Source: an uncultured Candidatus Binatia bacterium
GTDB taxonomy: Bacteria; Desulfobacterota; Binatia; UBA9968; JAJDTQ01
Length of the DNA stretch: 64,000 nt
Assembly (NCBI GenBank): GCA_964291295.2
Contig: OZ219754.1
Coordinates: 2,496,001-2,560,000 of the forward strand
Direction: 5' to 3'
The notes beneath the pieces were generated by a model. That model was not told the origin of the DNA, did not search any database, and saw only the letters and a program-made list of their open reading frames with translations. Positions 38,982-52,406 of this stretch are shown here, piece by piece (positions within the stretch are counted from its first letter, which is position 1; each line of letters begins with the position of its first letter). A program made the translations under genes and the position numbers.

Positions 38982-41784
38982 ATGACAGTGCCAATGGACT
39001 TCGACGATATTTTCAGATTGCTGACGGGACATCGGCCCTTTCGATGGCAAAAGCGCCTCTTCGAGGACTGGCTGTCTGCCGGAAAGCTTCCGTCAGCCAT
39101 CGACATCCCGACCGGCTTGGGCAAGACCGCCGTCATGGCGGTGTGGTTGCTCGCACGGGCAGTTGGCGCGAGCCTGCCCCGACGGCTGGTCTACGTTGTA
39201 GACCGCCGTTCCGTGGTGGACCAAGCGACCCGGTTCGCCGAACAGCTGCGCCGCAACATGCGCACCTTACCAACCGGCAGGTTGTCAAGTCTCGAGAACG
39301 GCACGGACGGGATGCCGATTTCCACTCTGCGTGGCGGATTCGTCGACAATCGCGACTGGCTCGAAAATCCTGTCACACCCGCAATTGTAATTGGGACCAT
39401 CGACATGATCGGCTCCCGGCTGCTGTTCGAAGGATACGGGGTGTCGCGGGCCATGCGTCCCTACCAAGCCGGCTTCCTCGGTGTTGATACCCTCGTCTTG
39501 CTTGACGAGGCGCATCTCTGTCCTCCGTTCGAAGCCCTCCTGCGCCAGATCGCGGATCGTCGCGATACAGACTTGGGCTCGGGACCGGATGATGGGAAGA
39601 TTACGCCGCCATTCCATCTGATCCCCTTGTCCGCGACGGGGCGGAACAGCACAGGGGGGCCGCCCAACTCCGTTTTCTGTCTCAATGATCGCGATCGCCA
39701 AGAGCCGGTCGTCCATCGCCGCCTCACCGCGCGAAAGCGGCTCCAGATCACGGAGCTCACGGATGTAGAAGATCTCGTGAAGCACATGGGCCACCGTGCA
39801 ATCGAGCTTGGTACCCGCGACACGCCGTCCCGCGTGATCGTCTACTTCGACCACCGTGTCCACGCGGTCAAGGCGGAGCAAGTGATCGAAAAGGAACTCA
39901 AGCGAAGACAGAGGGCAGGAGAGTTGGCGACGGACTGGGAAACGGAGCTTCTCGTCGGCGAACGTAGGGTACATGAACGTGCGGGACTGGAGCAATGGCT
40001 CGAACAGAGCGGTTTCCTTGGTGACTCCAAGTCTCAGCTGCTTTCACCGAGGTTCCTGGTAGCCACGTCCGCAGGCGAAGTGGGTGTGGACCTGGATGCG
40101 GATCACATGGTGTGCGACCTTGTGGCCTATGAGCGTATGGTGCAGCGACTCGGCCGTGTCAATCGACGGGGCGGCAGCGACCGAACCGCTTTGGTGGAAG
40201 TGTTCGCGGTACGCCCCGAGATCAGCGCCAATGCCGGTAAGGAAGAGAAGGAAGCACACGAGCGAACTCTCCAAATCTATAACCACCGATTGGCCGCGTT
40301 GTGCCATTTGCCTCGGGGTGACGATGGTCGCCAGGACGCCAGTCCATCGGCAACCGTCGTGCTGAAGCGCGAACACCTTGGGGTGGTGGAAGCGGCCACC
40401 ACCCCAGCGCCATTATATCCGGAACTGAACCGTCCACTCGTTGATGCTTGGTCCATGACGTCCCTCACGCAGCATGAAGGACGCCCCGAGGTCGCTCCGT
40501 GGCTGCGTGGCTGGGAGGACGAGGATGATCCGCAGACCCATGTGGTCTGGCGCAGGTATCTGCCAACTGTGCGTCAGGACGATACCATCTCAGCGCCGCC
40601 GGCCATGATCGCCGAATTCTTCCGGTCCGCGCCCATCCATGCGAGCGAAAAGCTCGAAGCGCCATCGAAGCGCGTGTTCGACTGGTTGCTCAAGAGAGTG
40701 GCTCAGATCGGTGAAGCCAGGCAGGACTCTGAACGGGCCATTACCGACGACGAGATCGTTGCGGTCCTTATGGACCACGCCGGCGAGCACCGACAGAGTG
40801 CAAGTCTCCGCGTCCTCCGGCGTCTGGCCACCCCCGCCAGTTCTCTGAGCAGGGATGAACAACGCGACAAGCGCGAGTGGACGGAACGGCTGCTACCTGG
40901 ATCGCTGATGGTGGTCGACGCAAGACTGCTCCGCGGCCTGCGCGACGGCATGCTTGATGAGAAGTCCGACTTCGAAGTCGCCTCCGCGGATGACGATGAC
41001 GATTGGCGACAACAGACAGAAGAGGAATATCCATCCATTGAATTGCCGCGTCCCCTGATCAAGTTTCGAGTGTACGAAATCGCTGGAAGCGAGGATGGCG
41101 AGGGAGTGGATACGGCCATCGCTAATACAGGCTGGCAGCATGTCCGGACCTTTGAGACCCGCATTGATGCCGGGGGTGTGATACGGGGCGGATTGGCCGT
41201 CTACAAGTGGTTCGACGACGCGGCGGACGAGGATTCCCGCTCCATATTGTCGGCGCCCCAAGCCTTGATCGATCATGCCACGGAAGCGGCGGCACGCACC
41301 CGCGACTTGGCGACGAGGCTGGGGCTGTCCGAAGAGGAAATCGAAGCGCTCACCTTGGCGGCGCGGATGCATGACGACGGCAAGGCCGCGACGCGCTGGC
41401 AGAACGCAATGAATGCGCCAAAGGACGGGCGTCCCTATGCCAAGACATGCGGCGGCGGAAACTGGCGTCATTTGGAGGGCTACCGTCACGAGTTCGGTTC
41501 GCTGCTGAGAGCGGAATTGGAAGAGTTACCGAATCAGACGCGGGACCTGATCCTGCATCTCATCGCGGCCCATCATGGCAACGCCCGCCCGTTCATTAGC
41601 GCCGCGGGTTGCGAGGACGGACCGCCCTCCCTGCTTGAGGCCAAGGCGGGCGATGCGGCATTGCGCTTCGCGCGGCTCCAGAAGCGGTACGGTCCTTGGG
41701 GACTTGCATGGCGCGAAGCCATTCTCCGGGCCGCAGACCAGAGCGTATCCCGTGAGTGGTCAACGCGGCACGGGAAACCGACGT

Positions 41785-41792
<8 letters not shown>
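38982..41792 (+). CDS. cas3: Type I-G (I-U) Cas3 helicase with C-terminal HD nuclease
   Basis: PFRWQ, IPTGLGKT, LPRRLVYVVDRRSVVDQ, DEAH, QRLGRVNR; C-terminal HDDGK, RHEFGS, HHG, GPWGLAWREAILRAAD. Confidence 0.95.
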
Positions 41793-43763
<1,971 letters not shown>

Positions 43764-43779
43764 AGACGAAGGAACAGTG

Positions 43780-45285
43780 ATGCTCCGCTCGCTGCTGATT
43801 GCCGTTCGCTTCCACGAAGGTCGATATCACGGCCAGGAGGACGGCTTCGACGGAGCGAATGGTTGGCCGCCATCGCCGGGTAGACTATTCCAGGCGCTGG
43901 TCGCGGCGGCGGCCGACGGTGCCGTCATCCCCGTTGAGGACGAAGGCGCGTTGAGGTGGTTCGAAGGACTAGACCCGCCACGGGTCGCCGCCCCAGCGGC
44001 TCGCCGTGGACGAGCAGTCAAACTCTACGTACCGAACAATGATCTTGACTCGGTTGATGGCGATCCGTCGCAGGTCGGCAGAATCCGGGTCTTGAAGCAG
44101 TGGCGCCCCTGCTTCTTCGATCCTGACCAATCTGTTCTGTATACATGGAATTTCAACACGACTCCAGAACAGGCTATACGAATCTGCGCGATGGCTGCGC
44201 AACTGTACCAGTTCGGACGCGGAATTGACATGGCATATGCGAGCGGCCGAGTGCTGGCGCCGAGCGAAGCCGACGCCATTCTTGCGGCTCATCCCGGATG
44301 CATATACCAGCCCAAGGGCGCTGGCGAAACGGCGATCCCGCACATCGGCACACTCGACAGTCTAATTGATAGGAATCGGTGCAAGCGCCGCCGTCTGACA
44401 ACCACCAGGGCGGGCGGCAAGTCCCGGCAATTGTTCGCCCAGCCACCCAGGGCGATATTCCACCACACTGGATACGACATGCCGCCACGGTGCCTGCGCT
44501 TCGAGTTCCGGAATCCCGACGGCGCTTTCGCTCCGCGGCCGCTTGCTTCCGTGGCATCCGTGATTACGGGTCTGCGCGATGCAGCCGCAGTACGGCTCCA
44601 GGCATCCCTACCCGTCAAATTCCGCCTGTTCGAGAGGCTGATCGTTGGAAGGGATGCTGGTCCTGACGATATTGCCCGGCGCATCAGGCTGATCCCCATA
44701 CCATCGGTTGGAACGCCGTATACGGATCTTTCAATCCGGCGCATCCTCGTCCAGGTTCCGCAGGATTGCCCCATACGCGTCGACGACTTGAAGTGGGCTT
44801 TCTCCGGCCTAGAACTTCGAGATTCACAGACAGGGGAGACTTGGTCGGGGCAATTGACTTCGACCGATGATGCCCGAATGGCGGCGCGTTTCATGGGACC
44901 GTCGCGGGCCTTCACGAGCGTGACGCCGCTCGCCCTTCCGGTTGCCCGCCGTCGTATCGACCCCGCTCGCGTTTCCGACGAGGCAAAGGGCGGCGCGGAA
45001 CGAGCAAGCGAACAGGCGCACGCCGCCACTGCCGTTCTGCAGGCCCTACGTCACGCCGGCGTCCGGGTTTCGCCGGAGGATGTCCGTGTACAGCGCGAGC
45101 CATTCCAGGTTCGCGGTGAACAGGCGGAAGCCTTTGCCCCCGGCACGCGCTTTCCCAAAGGGCGATTGTGGCATGCTGCGGTTACCTTCGCCGAGCCCGT
45201 TGCTGGCCCGCTCCTGCTGGGCGACGGCCGTTTTCTCGGCTTGGGCCTCATGTCACCGCACGAACCGATCTCCGGTGTCTCCTGA
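43780..45285 (+). CDS. csb2: Type I-G Cas5/Cas6 fusion Csb2
   Basis: GRYHG..WPPSPGRLFQALVA, YVPNND, SVTPLALP, Gly-rich loop GPLLLGDGRFLGLGL. Confidence 0.92.
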   Translation: MLRSLLIAVRFHEGRYHGQEDGFDGANGWPPSPGRLFQALVAAAADGAVIPVEDEGALRWFEGLDPPRVAAPAARRGRAVKLYVPNNDLDSVDGDPSQVGRIRVLKQWRPCFFDPDQSVLYTWNFNTTPEQAIRICAMAAQLYQFGRGIDMAYASGRVLAPSEADAILAAHPGCIYQPKGAGETAIPHIGTLDSLIDRNRCKRRRLTTTRAGGKSRQLFAQPPRAIFHHTGYDMPPRCLRFEFRNPDGAFAPRPLASVASVITGLRDAAAVRLQASLPVKFRLFERLIVGRDAGPDDIARRIRLIPIPSVGTPYTDLSIRRILVQVPQDCPIRVDDLKWAFSGLELRDSQTGETWSGQLTSTDDARMAARFMGPSRAFTSVTPLALPVARRRIDPARVSDEAKGGAERASEQAHAATAVLQALRHAGVRVSPEDVRVQREPFQVRGEQAEAFAPGTRFPKGRLWHAAVTFAEPVAGPLLLGDGRFLGLGLMSPHEPISGVS

Positions 45286-45930
45286 TTTCATCATCAAGTC
45301 CGGCTTCGCTGACGGCATCTGCCCCTATCTGGCCGCCCGCGCCGCGCGCCTTGCGATGATGGCGCGCGTCCAAGCTCATCTCGCCCGGCGACGAATTTCC
45401 ATCCTACGTGAGCGGTCTCGAAGAAGATGGCCGTCCAGCCTGTGGAAACGGATATCGCCATATTGCCGGTGTCTCCGATCTTCCACGTCAGCGCATCCTC
45501 CATGTAGCACCTGATCGGTTGTAACGCAGCGGTGCGCAATGGGGCGACGTGGACCGCCCCCATCGTCTCATGGAAGGAATGCAGAACCTGCATTCGGGCG
45601 CAGCCGGCCGTCTCGTGTTCGAGTATGCGATATCGGACGTCGAGTCCAACTCCCTTCTCGCCCCAGCGCAGGTTTGACACAGCGTTGCAGAGTCTCACGT
45701 CACCCGTCATCCAAGTCGGCTTGCAGACGAAGAGGCTCTGGCCCTTGATTGCCTCGCTGAATCCGGTGCATCGGAGGGCCGAACCCCGCTTCATTGACGT
45801 CTTGATGTCCGGGGTGATACGCGGGCTATCGGGTCAACTCCGGTTCCATTCCGCGACAGCGCAGATCGGGCCGCTGTTCATCGGTCGAATCGCACACGAG
45901 ACCGACGGATTGTTCGAAAGTGCTAATCGA
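45286..45930 (+). pseudogene. Decayed C-terminal extension of csb2 (second Cas6-like module)
   Basis: Broken-frame fragments AARAARLAMMARVQ, YVSGLEEDGRP..RHI, SGAAGRL, LRFHSATAQIGPLFIGRIAHETDGLF. Confidence 0.6.
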
Positions 45931-46003
45931 GACCTTGTGTGGAAATCACCAGGATACACACCACGTCACTTCCAGGAGGTGCGGCGAACCGCCAGCGAAC
46001 ATT

Positions 46004-46747
46004 CTATCGACGTGTGCGGGCCTCTTCGGCCGCAACATGTCCGGCCAACTGAGTAACGAATGGCCGCAAACCGGTCATTTCGCCAAGCTCGGTGCAGGCG
46101 CCGTCACTCGCGGCTGATCGTGGGGACATCAGAACCGATGCCGCCGAGTAGAGTTGCTCCTGTATGAGTTTCCGGCAAAGAATATTGTATCGATCCGCGT
46201 ACGATGTACCCCGAAACTCCTGGAGAATCGGAAAATGCGGCGAAACGCCACGAATCGGTTTTCGGGAACCATCGGAATCTTCGACCAGAATCAACCAACC
46301 CACAAACGGGCGGGACTGCTCACCGAAGGCTCCTTCGCGAAAGGCCGTCCAGAGATCGTGAGCCGATCCAACTGCTTCTTCCGTTCGATTGTTGAAGTTG
46401 TTTCCAAATGAAGGACCCACATGGCTCTTGAACTCCAATGCGGCAACCAGTCTGCCGTCATTCATGACTATCACATCCCAGAGTTTTGCAGGGCGAAAAA
46501 AGCCCGGCAAGGTCACGACACGACGCTTGCGGTGAATCTCCGCGTGCACAAGTCCGTTTGCCCTGACCAAATCACTGACAATTGAGATGAAGCCGCCCAT
46601 GTTCTTTCCTGCAGTCACCCCGGCTCGTTCGCCCTGGTCTGCCTTGCCAGATTCAAGCTGTTTCTCGCGCGCCGTCTGGCGCCTTGCCCAGAAAGTCCGC
46701 ACCGCTGTTCGAGCCTTTTGTTCGTAGTCGAGCAAATCAATTGCCAA
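46004..46747 (-). CDS. Type II restriction endonuclease, PaeR7I/XhoI family
   Basis: [49 protein letters not shown]; TTG start after GGGAGAG. Confidence 0.9.
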   Translation of the reverse strand: MAIDLLDYEQKARTAVRTFWARRQTAREKQLESGKADQGERAGVTAGKNMGGFISIVSDLVRANGLVHAEIHRKRRVVTLPGFFRPAKLWDVIVMNDGRLVAALEFKSHVGPSFGNNFNNRTEEAVGSAHDLWTAFREGAFGEQSRPFVGWLILVEDSDGSRKPIRGVSPHFPILQEFRGTSYADRYNILCRKLIQEQLYSAASVLMSPRSAASDGACTELGEMTGLRPFVTQLAGHVAAEEARTRR

Positions 46748-46766
46748 TGGATCTCTCCCGCGGCTA

Positions 46767-48500
46767 TCACTCGATACCAGTGGCACCCAGGAAGGCACGT
46801 TCCTCGGTACTGAGTTTGTAAAGCTCAAAGACAACCTGGTTGCGAACGTCCACATCACTCGAGTGAGCGAGATCGACAAGGGCTTTCTTTATGCTGCGCC
46901 TTACGGATGACCAGACAGGCAGGCGAATTCTTCGCAGGTATTGCGCCTGGAACCGAAGATAACCGCCGCGCATCCGTGTCGAATAACTCTCCATGAACAG
47001 TTTCGTGATATCTGACAGCAGTACGGTCCGGAGAGCACGAAGGTCCCAGTCACTTGAGGTCAGGAAATATAAATTGTGATGGGGGTAAAGACGCCCATCT
47101 TCATGGACGACGTGAGCTTGCCCCTTGATGTCCGGAATCAGTAATTTGGGAGTCCCGGCAAGTGCCGGGTAGATACGGTCAATGGTCCGATACCAACTGG
47201 CCGGCGTCTTGCGGGCAACGTGGCGTCTGGCGATCTGATCTCTTCTCTCTTCCAGATATCGCTTGAGTCGTGGGTAGCGTGTGAGGTCCACGAGTCCGCC
47301 ATTGTCGGCAAATGGATTGACGACACCGAGTCCGTGCCAACGGACCTCTCCGGAGAGAATATCCCGCGTCGTTGCAAGCGGCAGCTTGCGATCGTCTTCA
47401 ACATCGAGTTGATCGTATGGGCCGATGAACGCCTTGTCCGCTCCTGTGGCAACGCCGACGCCAACTCTGCACCCTGCTTCCTCCAGGGTCGGGAGGCTGC
47501 GTTCCAGACGCCGAACCAGCGTGAGTCGTCTGGAGGGGTCCAGTATCCACGGTTGGGCGCCGGTGCCGATTTCGAGGAGTTCCGAGACAGGTCCACCCGG
47601 TGGGGGCTTCTTTCCATCCAGCAGCTGGCTGGCAAGTGAGGTCAGCACCTCGCTGTTGATTTTAGGCCGGCGAGCGTAACGGGTGAGCCCGGTCTTCTTC
47701 CGTCCAATAACGAAAATGGCCGGATATGCGATGACGTCCGAGTGGAACGCGGGTGTGTCAACCATGTCCACATAGATGCCGAGATGAAACTTCTCCGACA
47801 AGAGCCGACGCAAGGGTCCACCATAACGGTTCCGGGTCCAACGGTCCGCACAAATGATGCCCAATTTGCCCTCGGCCGAGAGCTGTCTTGCCGAACGCTC
47901 GAGGAAGGGAATGTAGAGGTCCCCTCGATCGAAGAGGGTCGTGTACCGCGCCCGATATTCGGCCACCAGGGCATCGGGAACCAGCTCTTGACGAACGTAG
48001 GGTGGGTTGCCGACGACGAAGGAGAACTCGGGCGGTAGTTGAGTCAGCAGGAAATCGCCATGAACGAGCCATCGGCCCGTGAGCGTCCTTGCGTCCGCTG
48101 GATCGATCTCGGATTCCCGCAGCTTCTGGAGCAGTTTCCGGCGAGTCGATTCATACGTGCGCCGGTGAAGCTCGACGGCGCGGATACAGGAACTCAAAGC
48201 CTCTACCGGAACAGGTTTTCCCCGGCTCCGCCACGCTTCGACCAGCCGCTCAACCGCAACAAGGAGGAAGTCGCCGCGGCCGAAGCAAGGTTCCAGGAGC
48301 GACAGGGCGTGCAGCGGTCGATTCGGGGTATAGCCCACGAGGTCGAGGATGAACTCGACAACCTCCCGGCGCGTGAAGACCGCGCCCCGCGCTTCCGCCC
48401 CGGCCTCCGACAGTTGCTGGAGCGCGTCGCGCACGGGGCAGAGACCGGGCAGGGAGACTTGGCCGGAGAACGACGGCGGGCCGTCAAACGCTTCGGTCAT
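46767..48500 (-). CDS. N6-adenine DNA methyltransferase (M.PaeR7I/TaqI-like, gamma class)
   Basis: [45 protein letters not shown]; alternative start 48575. Confidence 0.92.
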   Translation of the reverse strand: MTEAFDGPPSFSGQVSLPGLCPVRDALQQLSEAGAEARGAVFTRREVVEFILDLVGYTPNRPLHALSLLEPCFGRGDFLLVAVERLVEAWRSRGKPVPVEALSSCIRAVELHRRTYESTRRKLLQKLRESEIDPADARTLTGRWLVHGDFLLTQLPPEFSFVVGNPPYVRQELVPDALVAEYRARYTTLFDRGDLYIPFLERSARQLSAEGKLGIICADRWTRNRYGGPLRRLLSEKFHLGIYVDMVDTPAFHSDVIAYPAIFVIGRKKTGLTRYARRPKINSEVLTSLASQLLDGKKPPPGGPVSELLEIGTGAQPWILDPSRRLTLVRRLERSLPTLEEAGCRVGVGVATGADKAFIGPYDQLDVEDDRKLPLATTRDILSGEVRWHGLGVVNPFADNGGLVDLTRYPRLKRYLEERRDQIARRHVARKTPASWYRTIDRIYPALAGTPKLLIPDIKGQAHVVHEDGRLYPHHNLYFLTSSDWDLRALRTVLLSDITKLFMESYSTRMRGGYLRFQAQYLRRIRLPVWSSVRRSIKKALVDLAHSSDVDVRNQVVFELYKLSTEERAFLGATGIE

Positions 48501-48908
48501 TTCACCTGTTCCTGGCGATATCGTCCAACTTCGGTGTCGGCCAATTTCGACCTGGGCACGGCCGCTCTGTTCCATGCATTCGGGAGATTCCCGAACCCTG
48601 CCGCCAATGAGGCACGGCGCGGCGCCCGGGTCAACCGGTCGGGCGATTCGGTCCTCCGCAGTTGGAGTGCACCTCATTCGGCATGAACGCGCCCCGCGAG
48701 GAAACCCGCCGCCGTTGGCGCTGGCGCCGATTCGCCCGCGTTCGGAGGATCGAGACCGGGCCAGGATCATCCCGAACCGGGTCATCCCGATTTATCTTGC
48801 AACGTCGCACGAGACGGTTTAATTTACAGTACCAAGACGGTCGTACCGGGGTCGGCCGGTCGCTGTGGCCGGAGTCGACGACGGAGCCGAAGGGAAGGAG
48901 GGACGCCC

Positions 48909-49727
48909 ATGCCGATTATCACCATCATTCGTGGCGCGTTTGGTGCGGGTCCGGAGGTTGCCGAGCGGGTTGCCGGGGATCTCGGCTGCCCGTGTGTGGA
49001 CCGCGAGGTGCTGATGGAGGCCAGCAGCCGGTACGGAATTCCCGAGGCCAAGTACGAGGAGGTGTTGGAATCGGGCCCCCATTGGTGGGAGCGCTGGCGG
49101 GAGAGCCTGCGGCTTTACCGCATCACGCTCCAGGCCGCCATGTGCGAGATGGCCGGTGAAGGCGAATTCGTCTATCACGGCCACATGGGCCAGGAGCTCC
49201 TGCCCGGCGTCAGCCACGTGCTCAAGGTGCTTTTGACGGCGCCGTTGGAATACCAGGTGGAGCGGGTGCGGGAGCGGGAGGGGTTCGACGAGGCGGGCGG
49301 GCGGCGTTACGTGGAAAGCGTCAACAAGGCGCGCTCCCGGCGCATGGAGGCGGTCTTCGGCGCGGACTGGCGCGACGCGTCGCGCTATGACCTGGTCCTG
49401 AACGCCGGGCAGATGACCGTGGACACGCTGGCGCGGTTGATCGAGGACGCCGCCGCGCGGCCCGAGTACCAGAAGAGTGCGGAGTCGGAGCGCGCCTTCG
49501 CCGACCTGTCCCTGACATCCCGCGTTCAGGCGGCGCTGATCGTGTCGCCCGGGACGCGGAATCTGAACGTGCGCGTGCGGGCATCCGACGGCGTGGTGCA
49601 GGTCTCCGGGATCCTGACCCAGCCGGCTCTTCAGGACGAGATCGTCTCGGTGGCCCGGGGGGTTTCCGGAACCACGGCGGTGGAGACGGACTTCGAATCG
49701 CCGCCCGTGGAGTACATGTTTCCGTAG
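48909..49727 (+). CDS. Cytidylate-kinase-like protein with C-terminal BON domain
   Basis: MPIITIIRG.., YDLVLN, VRASDGVVQVSG; AAGGAGG SD. Confidence 0.85.
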   Translation: MPIITIIRGAFGAGPEVAERVAGDLGCPCVDREVLMEASSRYGIPEAKYEEVLESGPHWWERWRESLRLYRITLQAAMCEMAGEGEFVYHGHMGQELLPGVSHVLKVLLTAPLEYQVERVREREGFDEAGGRRYVESVNKARSRRMEAVFGADWRDASRYDLVLNAGQMTVDTLARLIEDAAARPEYQKSAESERAFADLSLTSRVQAALIVSPGTRNLNVRVRASDGVVQVSGILTQPALQDEIVSVARGVSGTTAVETDFESPPVEYMFP

Positions 49728-49867
49728 CACGGGTCGCCGGGAGGCGTTGAACGGCCGGCAGGAGCATTCGCTGCCGGACCAGGCCGAGACCCTGAGGAGG
49801 CTCGCGGGACCGCGGCGTCAGACCCCGGCGCATCGGGCTTGCGGGGGGCGCGGTCCCGCCCTGTGCA

Positions 49868-49944
49868 TTCTTTCGATCCATTTCTTTCGATCCATTTCTT
49901 TCGATCCATGTCCACCGTCTTTCGATCCATGTCCACCGATCCAT
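49868..49944. repeat. Short tandem repeat running into a start codon
   Basis: TTCTTTCGATCCAT x3, then two variant units; GATCCAT occurs five times, the last overlapping ATG 49943. Confidence 0.9.
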
Positions 49945-50542
49945 GATCGTTGCCGTCGTACTGGCCGCGGGTGCCTCCACCCGCATGGGAAGACCCAAGG
50001 CGTTGCTGCCGGTGAAGGGCGTTCCCTTCATCGAACGCATCGTCCGCGTGCTGGAGCATACCGAGGTGGACCGGACCCTGGTGGTGCTGGGCCACAACGC
50101 GGACGCCATGCGCGAGGCCATCGCCTACCTGGGCGTCGATACCGTGGTGAACCCTGACTACGCCCGCGGGCAGCTCTCGTCGCTGCAGACCGCCATCCGG
50201 GCACTGGAGGGCGAGCCTGTGGAGGGGATCCTGGTGCATCTGGTGGATCACCCGTTCATCGAAGGCGCGCTGGTGGACCGGATCATCGACCGCTTCCGCA
50301 CCGGCGGGAAGCTCATCGTGGTGCCGCGCTTCGGCGGCAGGCGCGGCCATCCGGTGCTCTTCTCCAGCGAACTCTTCCCCGAGTTCCTGGCCGCCTCCCT
50401 GGAGACCGGTGCCAAGCCGGTGGTGCGAGGGCACCCCGACGAGACCCTGGAACTGGATACCGACGCGGAAGGAATTCTCGTGGATATCGATACGCCCGAG
50501 GAATACCGAAAACACGTGAGGAGCGAGCCGTGGCCCGATTGA
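49943..50542 (+). CDS. MocA/MobA-like nucleotidyltransferase
   Basis: LAAGASTRMGRPKALL, VDHP, RGHPVLF, DIDTPEEY. Confidence 0.9.
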   Translation: MIVAVVLAAGASTRMGRPKALLPVKGVPFIERIVRVLEHTEVDRTLVVLGHNADAMREAIAYLGVDTVVNPDYARGQLSSLQTAIRALEGEPVEGILVHLVDHPFIEGALVDRIIDRFRTGGKLIVVPRFGGRRGHPVLFSSELFPEFLAASLETGAKPVVRGHPDETLELDTDAEGILVDIDTPEEYRKHVRSEPWPD

Positions 50543-51501
50543 ACCTGAATTTCGCCTGTGGCAGCTACGATCTCTTGCGGCCGCTCTGGGAGAAGGTGGT
50601 GGAGCCCGCCGGCATGGACCTCAACGTCATGACCATGCAGTCGCCCGAGCGCCACGGACGCATGTTGCGCCACGAGGAGTTCGATGCGTGCGAGCTTTCG
50701 CTGGTGAGCTATCTGGTGGCACACGACCAGGGACGGGACTTCACTGCCATTCCGGCGTTTCCGCACCGCCGTTTTCGCCACGGCTACATGGCCAAATGCG
50801 CCGGCCGCGGCATCCACAAGCCCTCGGATCTCAACGGCCGGCGCATTGGCCTCGATACCCTGCAGAACTCCGCGGGCCTGTGGATGCGCGGCATCCTTCA
50901 GGACTACCATGGGCTGGACCTGGCCACGGTGGAGTGGTGGTGCCAGGAGGATGAGGACGTGCCGTTGGAGCCGGCCCCGTGGATGAAGGTTCACCGGGTG
51001 CCCCAAGGCCGCAACATCGACGAGATGTTGTGCGCCGGCGACCTTGAAGGGGCGCTCTATCCCGAAGTCCTGCCGTCCATCCGCGCCGGTTCGGACAAGG
51101 TGGCGTTGCTTTTCCCGGACCCCAGGAAGGCGGAAGCGGAGTATTACCGCACGAGCGGCATCTTTCCCATCATGCACACGGTGGTGATCAAGGACGAGAT
51201 ACTGGAACGCAATCCCTGGGTGGCGGTGAGTCTGCTCCAGGCGCTCCAGCACTCCAAGGAGGTCTGCTACGAACGCATGGGCGATCCCCGGAGTCTTGCG
51301 CTGGTCTGGGCCAGGGAAGAGTTGCAGGCGCAACGGGAAATATTCGGGCCCGATCCCTGGCCCTACGGCCTTGAACCCAACCGCACGGCGCTGGAGGCGG
51401 CCGTGCGCTACGAGTTCGAGCAGGGCATGATCAAGCACAGGCCCGCCATCGAGGAATTGTTCTTCCCGCCCTCCCTCCAGGATATCCAGCACTATGTCTG
51501 A
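50530..51501 (+). CDS. 4,5-dihydroxyphthalate decarboxylase-like protein
   Basis: ACGSYD, EFDACELS, PAFPHRRFRH, GIFPIMH, DPWPYG. Confidence 0.85.
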   Translation: MARLNLNFACGSYDLLRPLWEKVVEPAGMDLNVMTMQSPERHGRMLRHEEFDACELSLVSYLVAHDQGRDFTAIPAFPHRRFRHGYMAKCAGRGIHKPSDLNGRRIGLDTLQNSAGLWMRGILQDYHGLDLATVEWWCQEDEDVPLEPAPWMKVHRVPQGRNIDEMLCAGDLEGALYPEVLPSIRAGSDKVALLFPDPRKAEAEYYRTSGIFPIMHTVVIKDEILERNPWVAVSLLQALQHSKEVCYERMGDPRSLALVWAREELQAQREIFGPDPWPYGLEPNRTALEAAVRYEFEQGMIKHRPAIEELFFPPSLQDIQHYV

Positions 51502-51608
51502 ACCCCGCATGGCGGGGTGGTGATGGTGGACAGGGTTCGGGCAGATCGGCTAGAGTCGAAACAGCCTTCCGGTCAGTGTGTCAGGAGGTCGCCCACAGGA
51601 GGTCACCC

Positions 51609-52394
51609 ATGAGTGATGCGCCGGCGCCGGTCAGGAAATGTCTGGTCCGGACCATGTCCGACACCATCGAGACGGACATCCATCGGGTCCATGTCATCGC
51701 CAACGAAATCCTTCCGCGTTACCACAAGCCCGGCCTGTCCTTTGAAGCGTTGCGCAAGGTGGCCGACGGCCCGTTCGACTTTTTTCTGGCGCCTCTTCTC
51801 TTCGCCGAAGACTACGCCCGGGACCCTTCGATCATCTACAACGAGGGTGTCCGGCGGGAGATCCGCGGCCATGCCCTGGAGATCGCGCGCCGGCACGGCT
51901 TCGACATCAATCCGCCCGACTTCGTTCCCGGCGTCGAGGAGTCGTTGAAGGAAGCCCGGGACGCGGGCCTGAGCAACATGGTGCTCACCACCAGCGGCCG
52001 GCGCTACAAGCACCGGGTGATGGAGGCCCACGGCATCCGCGAATATTTCGACGAGATCATCGACCGCGACGAGACCTACTTCAGAAAAGAGCAGGGCATC
52101 TACCACCTGTTCCGGAAGCTCGACGTCCCGAAGCTCGAGGTGATCCTTCTGTCCGGAACCGCCGCCTACATACGAGCGGGCAACAATCTGGAGTTTGCCC
52201 AAGTGGCCGGCAACGATCTCTCGGTCTTCACCGTGGCCCTGGCCACGGAGTACTCCTACAACGATGAGGCTACGCTGGCCGCGGCCAAGCCCAAGCTGCT
52301 GGTACGAAGCCTGGGCGAACTCTTCCCCGGACTGCGCGAAGCCGGTGTCCTGCCTGCGGCCGCCGACCGTCCTTCGGCTTCCACCGCGGCATAG
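51609..52394 (+). CDS. HAD-fold protein with degenerate catalytic motifs
   Basis: FVPGVEESLKE, VLTTS, GIREYFDEII; lacks the motif I DxD. Confidence 0.65.
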   Translation: MSDAPAPVRKCLVRTMSDTIETDIHRVHVIANEILPRYHKPGLSFEALRKVADGPFDFFLAPLLFAEDYARDPSIIYNEGVRREIRGHALEIARRHGFDINPPDFVPGVEESLKEARDAGLSNMVLTTSGRRYKHRVMEAHGIREYFDEIIDRDETYFRKEQGIYHLFRKLDVPKLEVILLSGTAAYIRAGNNLEFAQVAGNDLSVFTVALATEYSYNDEATLAAAKPKLLVRSLGELFPGLREAGVLPAAADRPSASTAA

Positions 52395-52406
52395 GGTGCG
52401 GCACGG

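Noticed and set aside
49868-49944. CRISPR array
   Set aside because: Short contiguous units with no unique spacers
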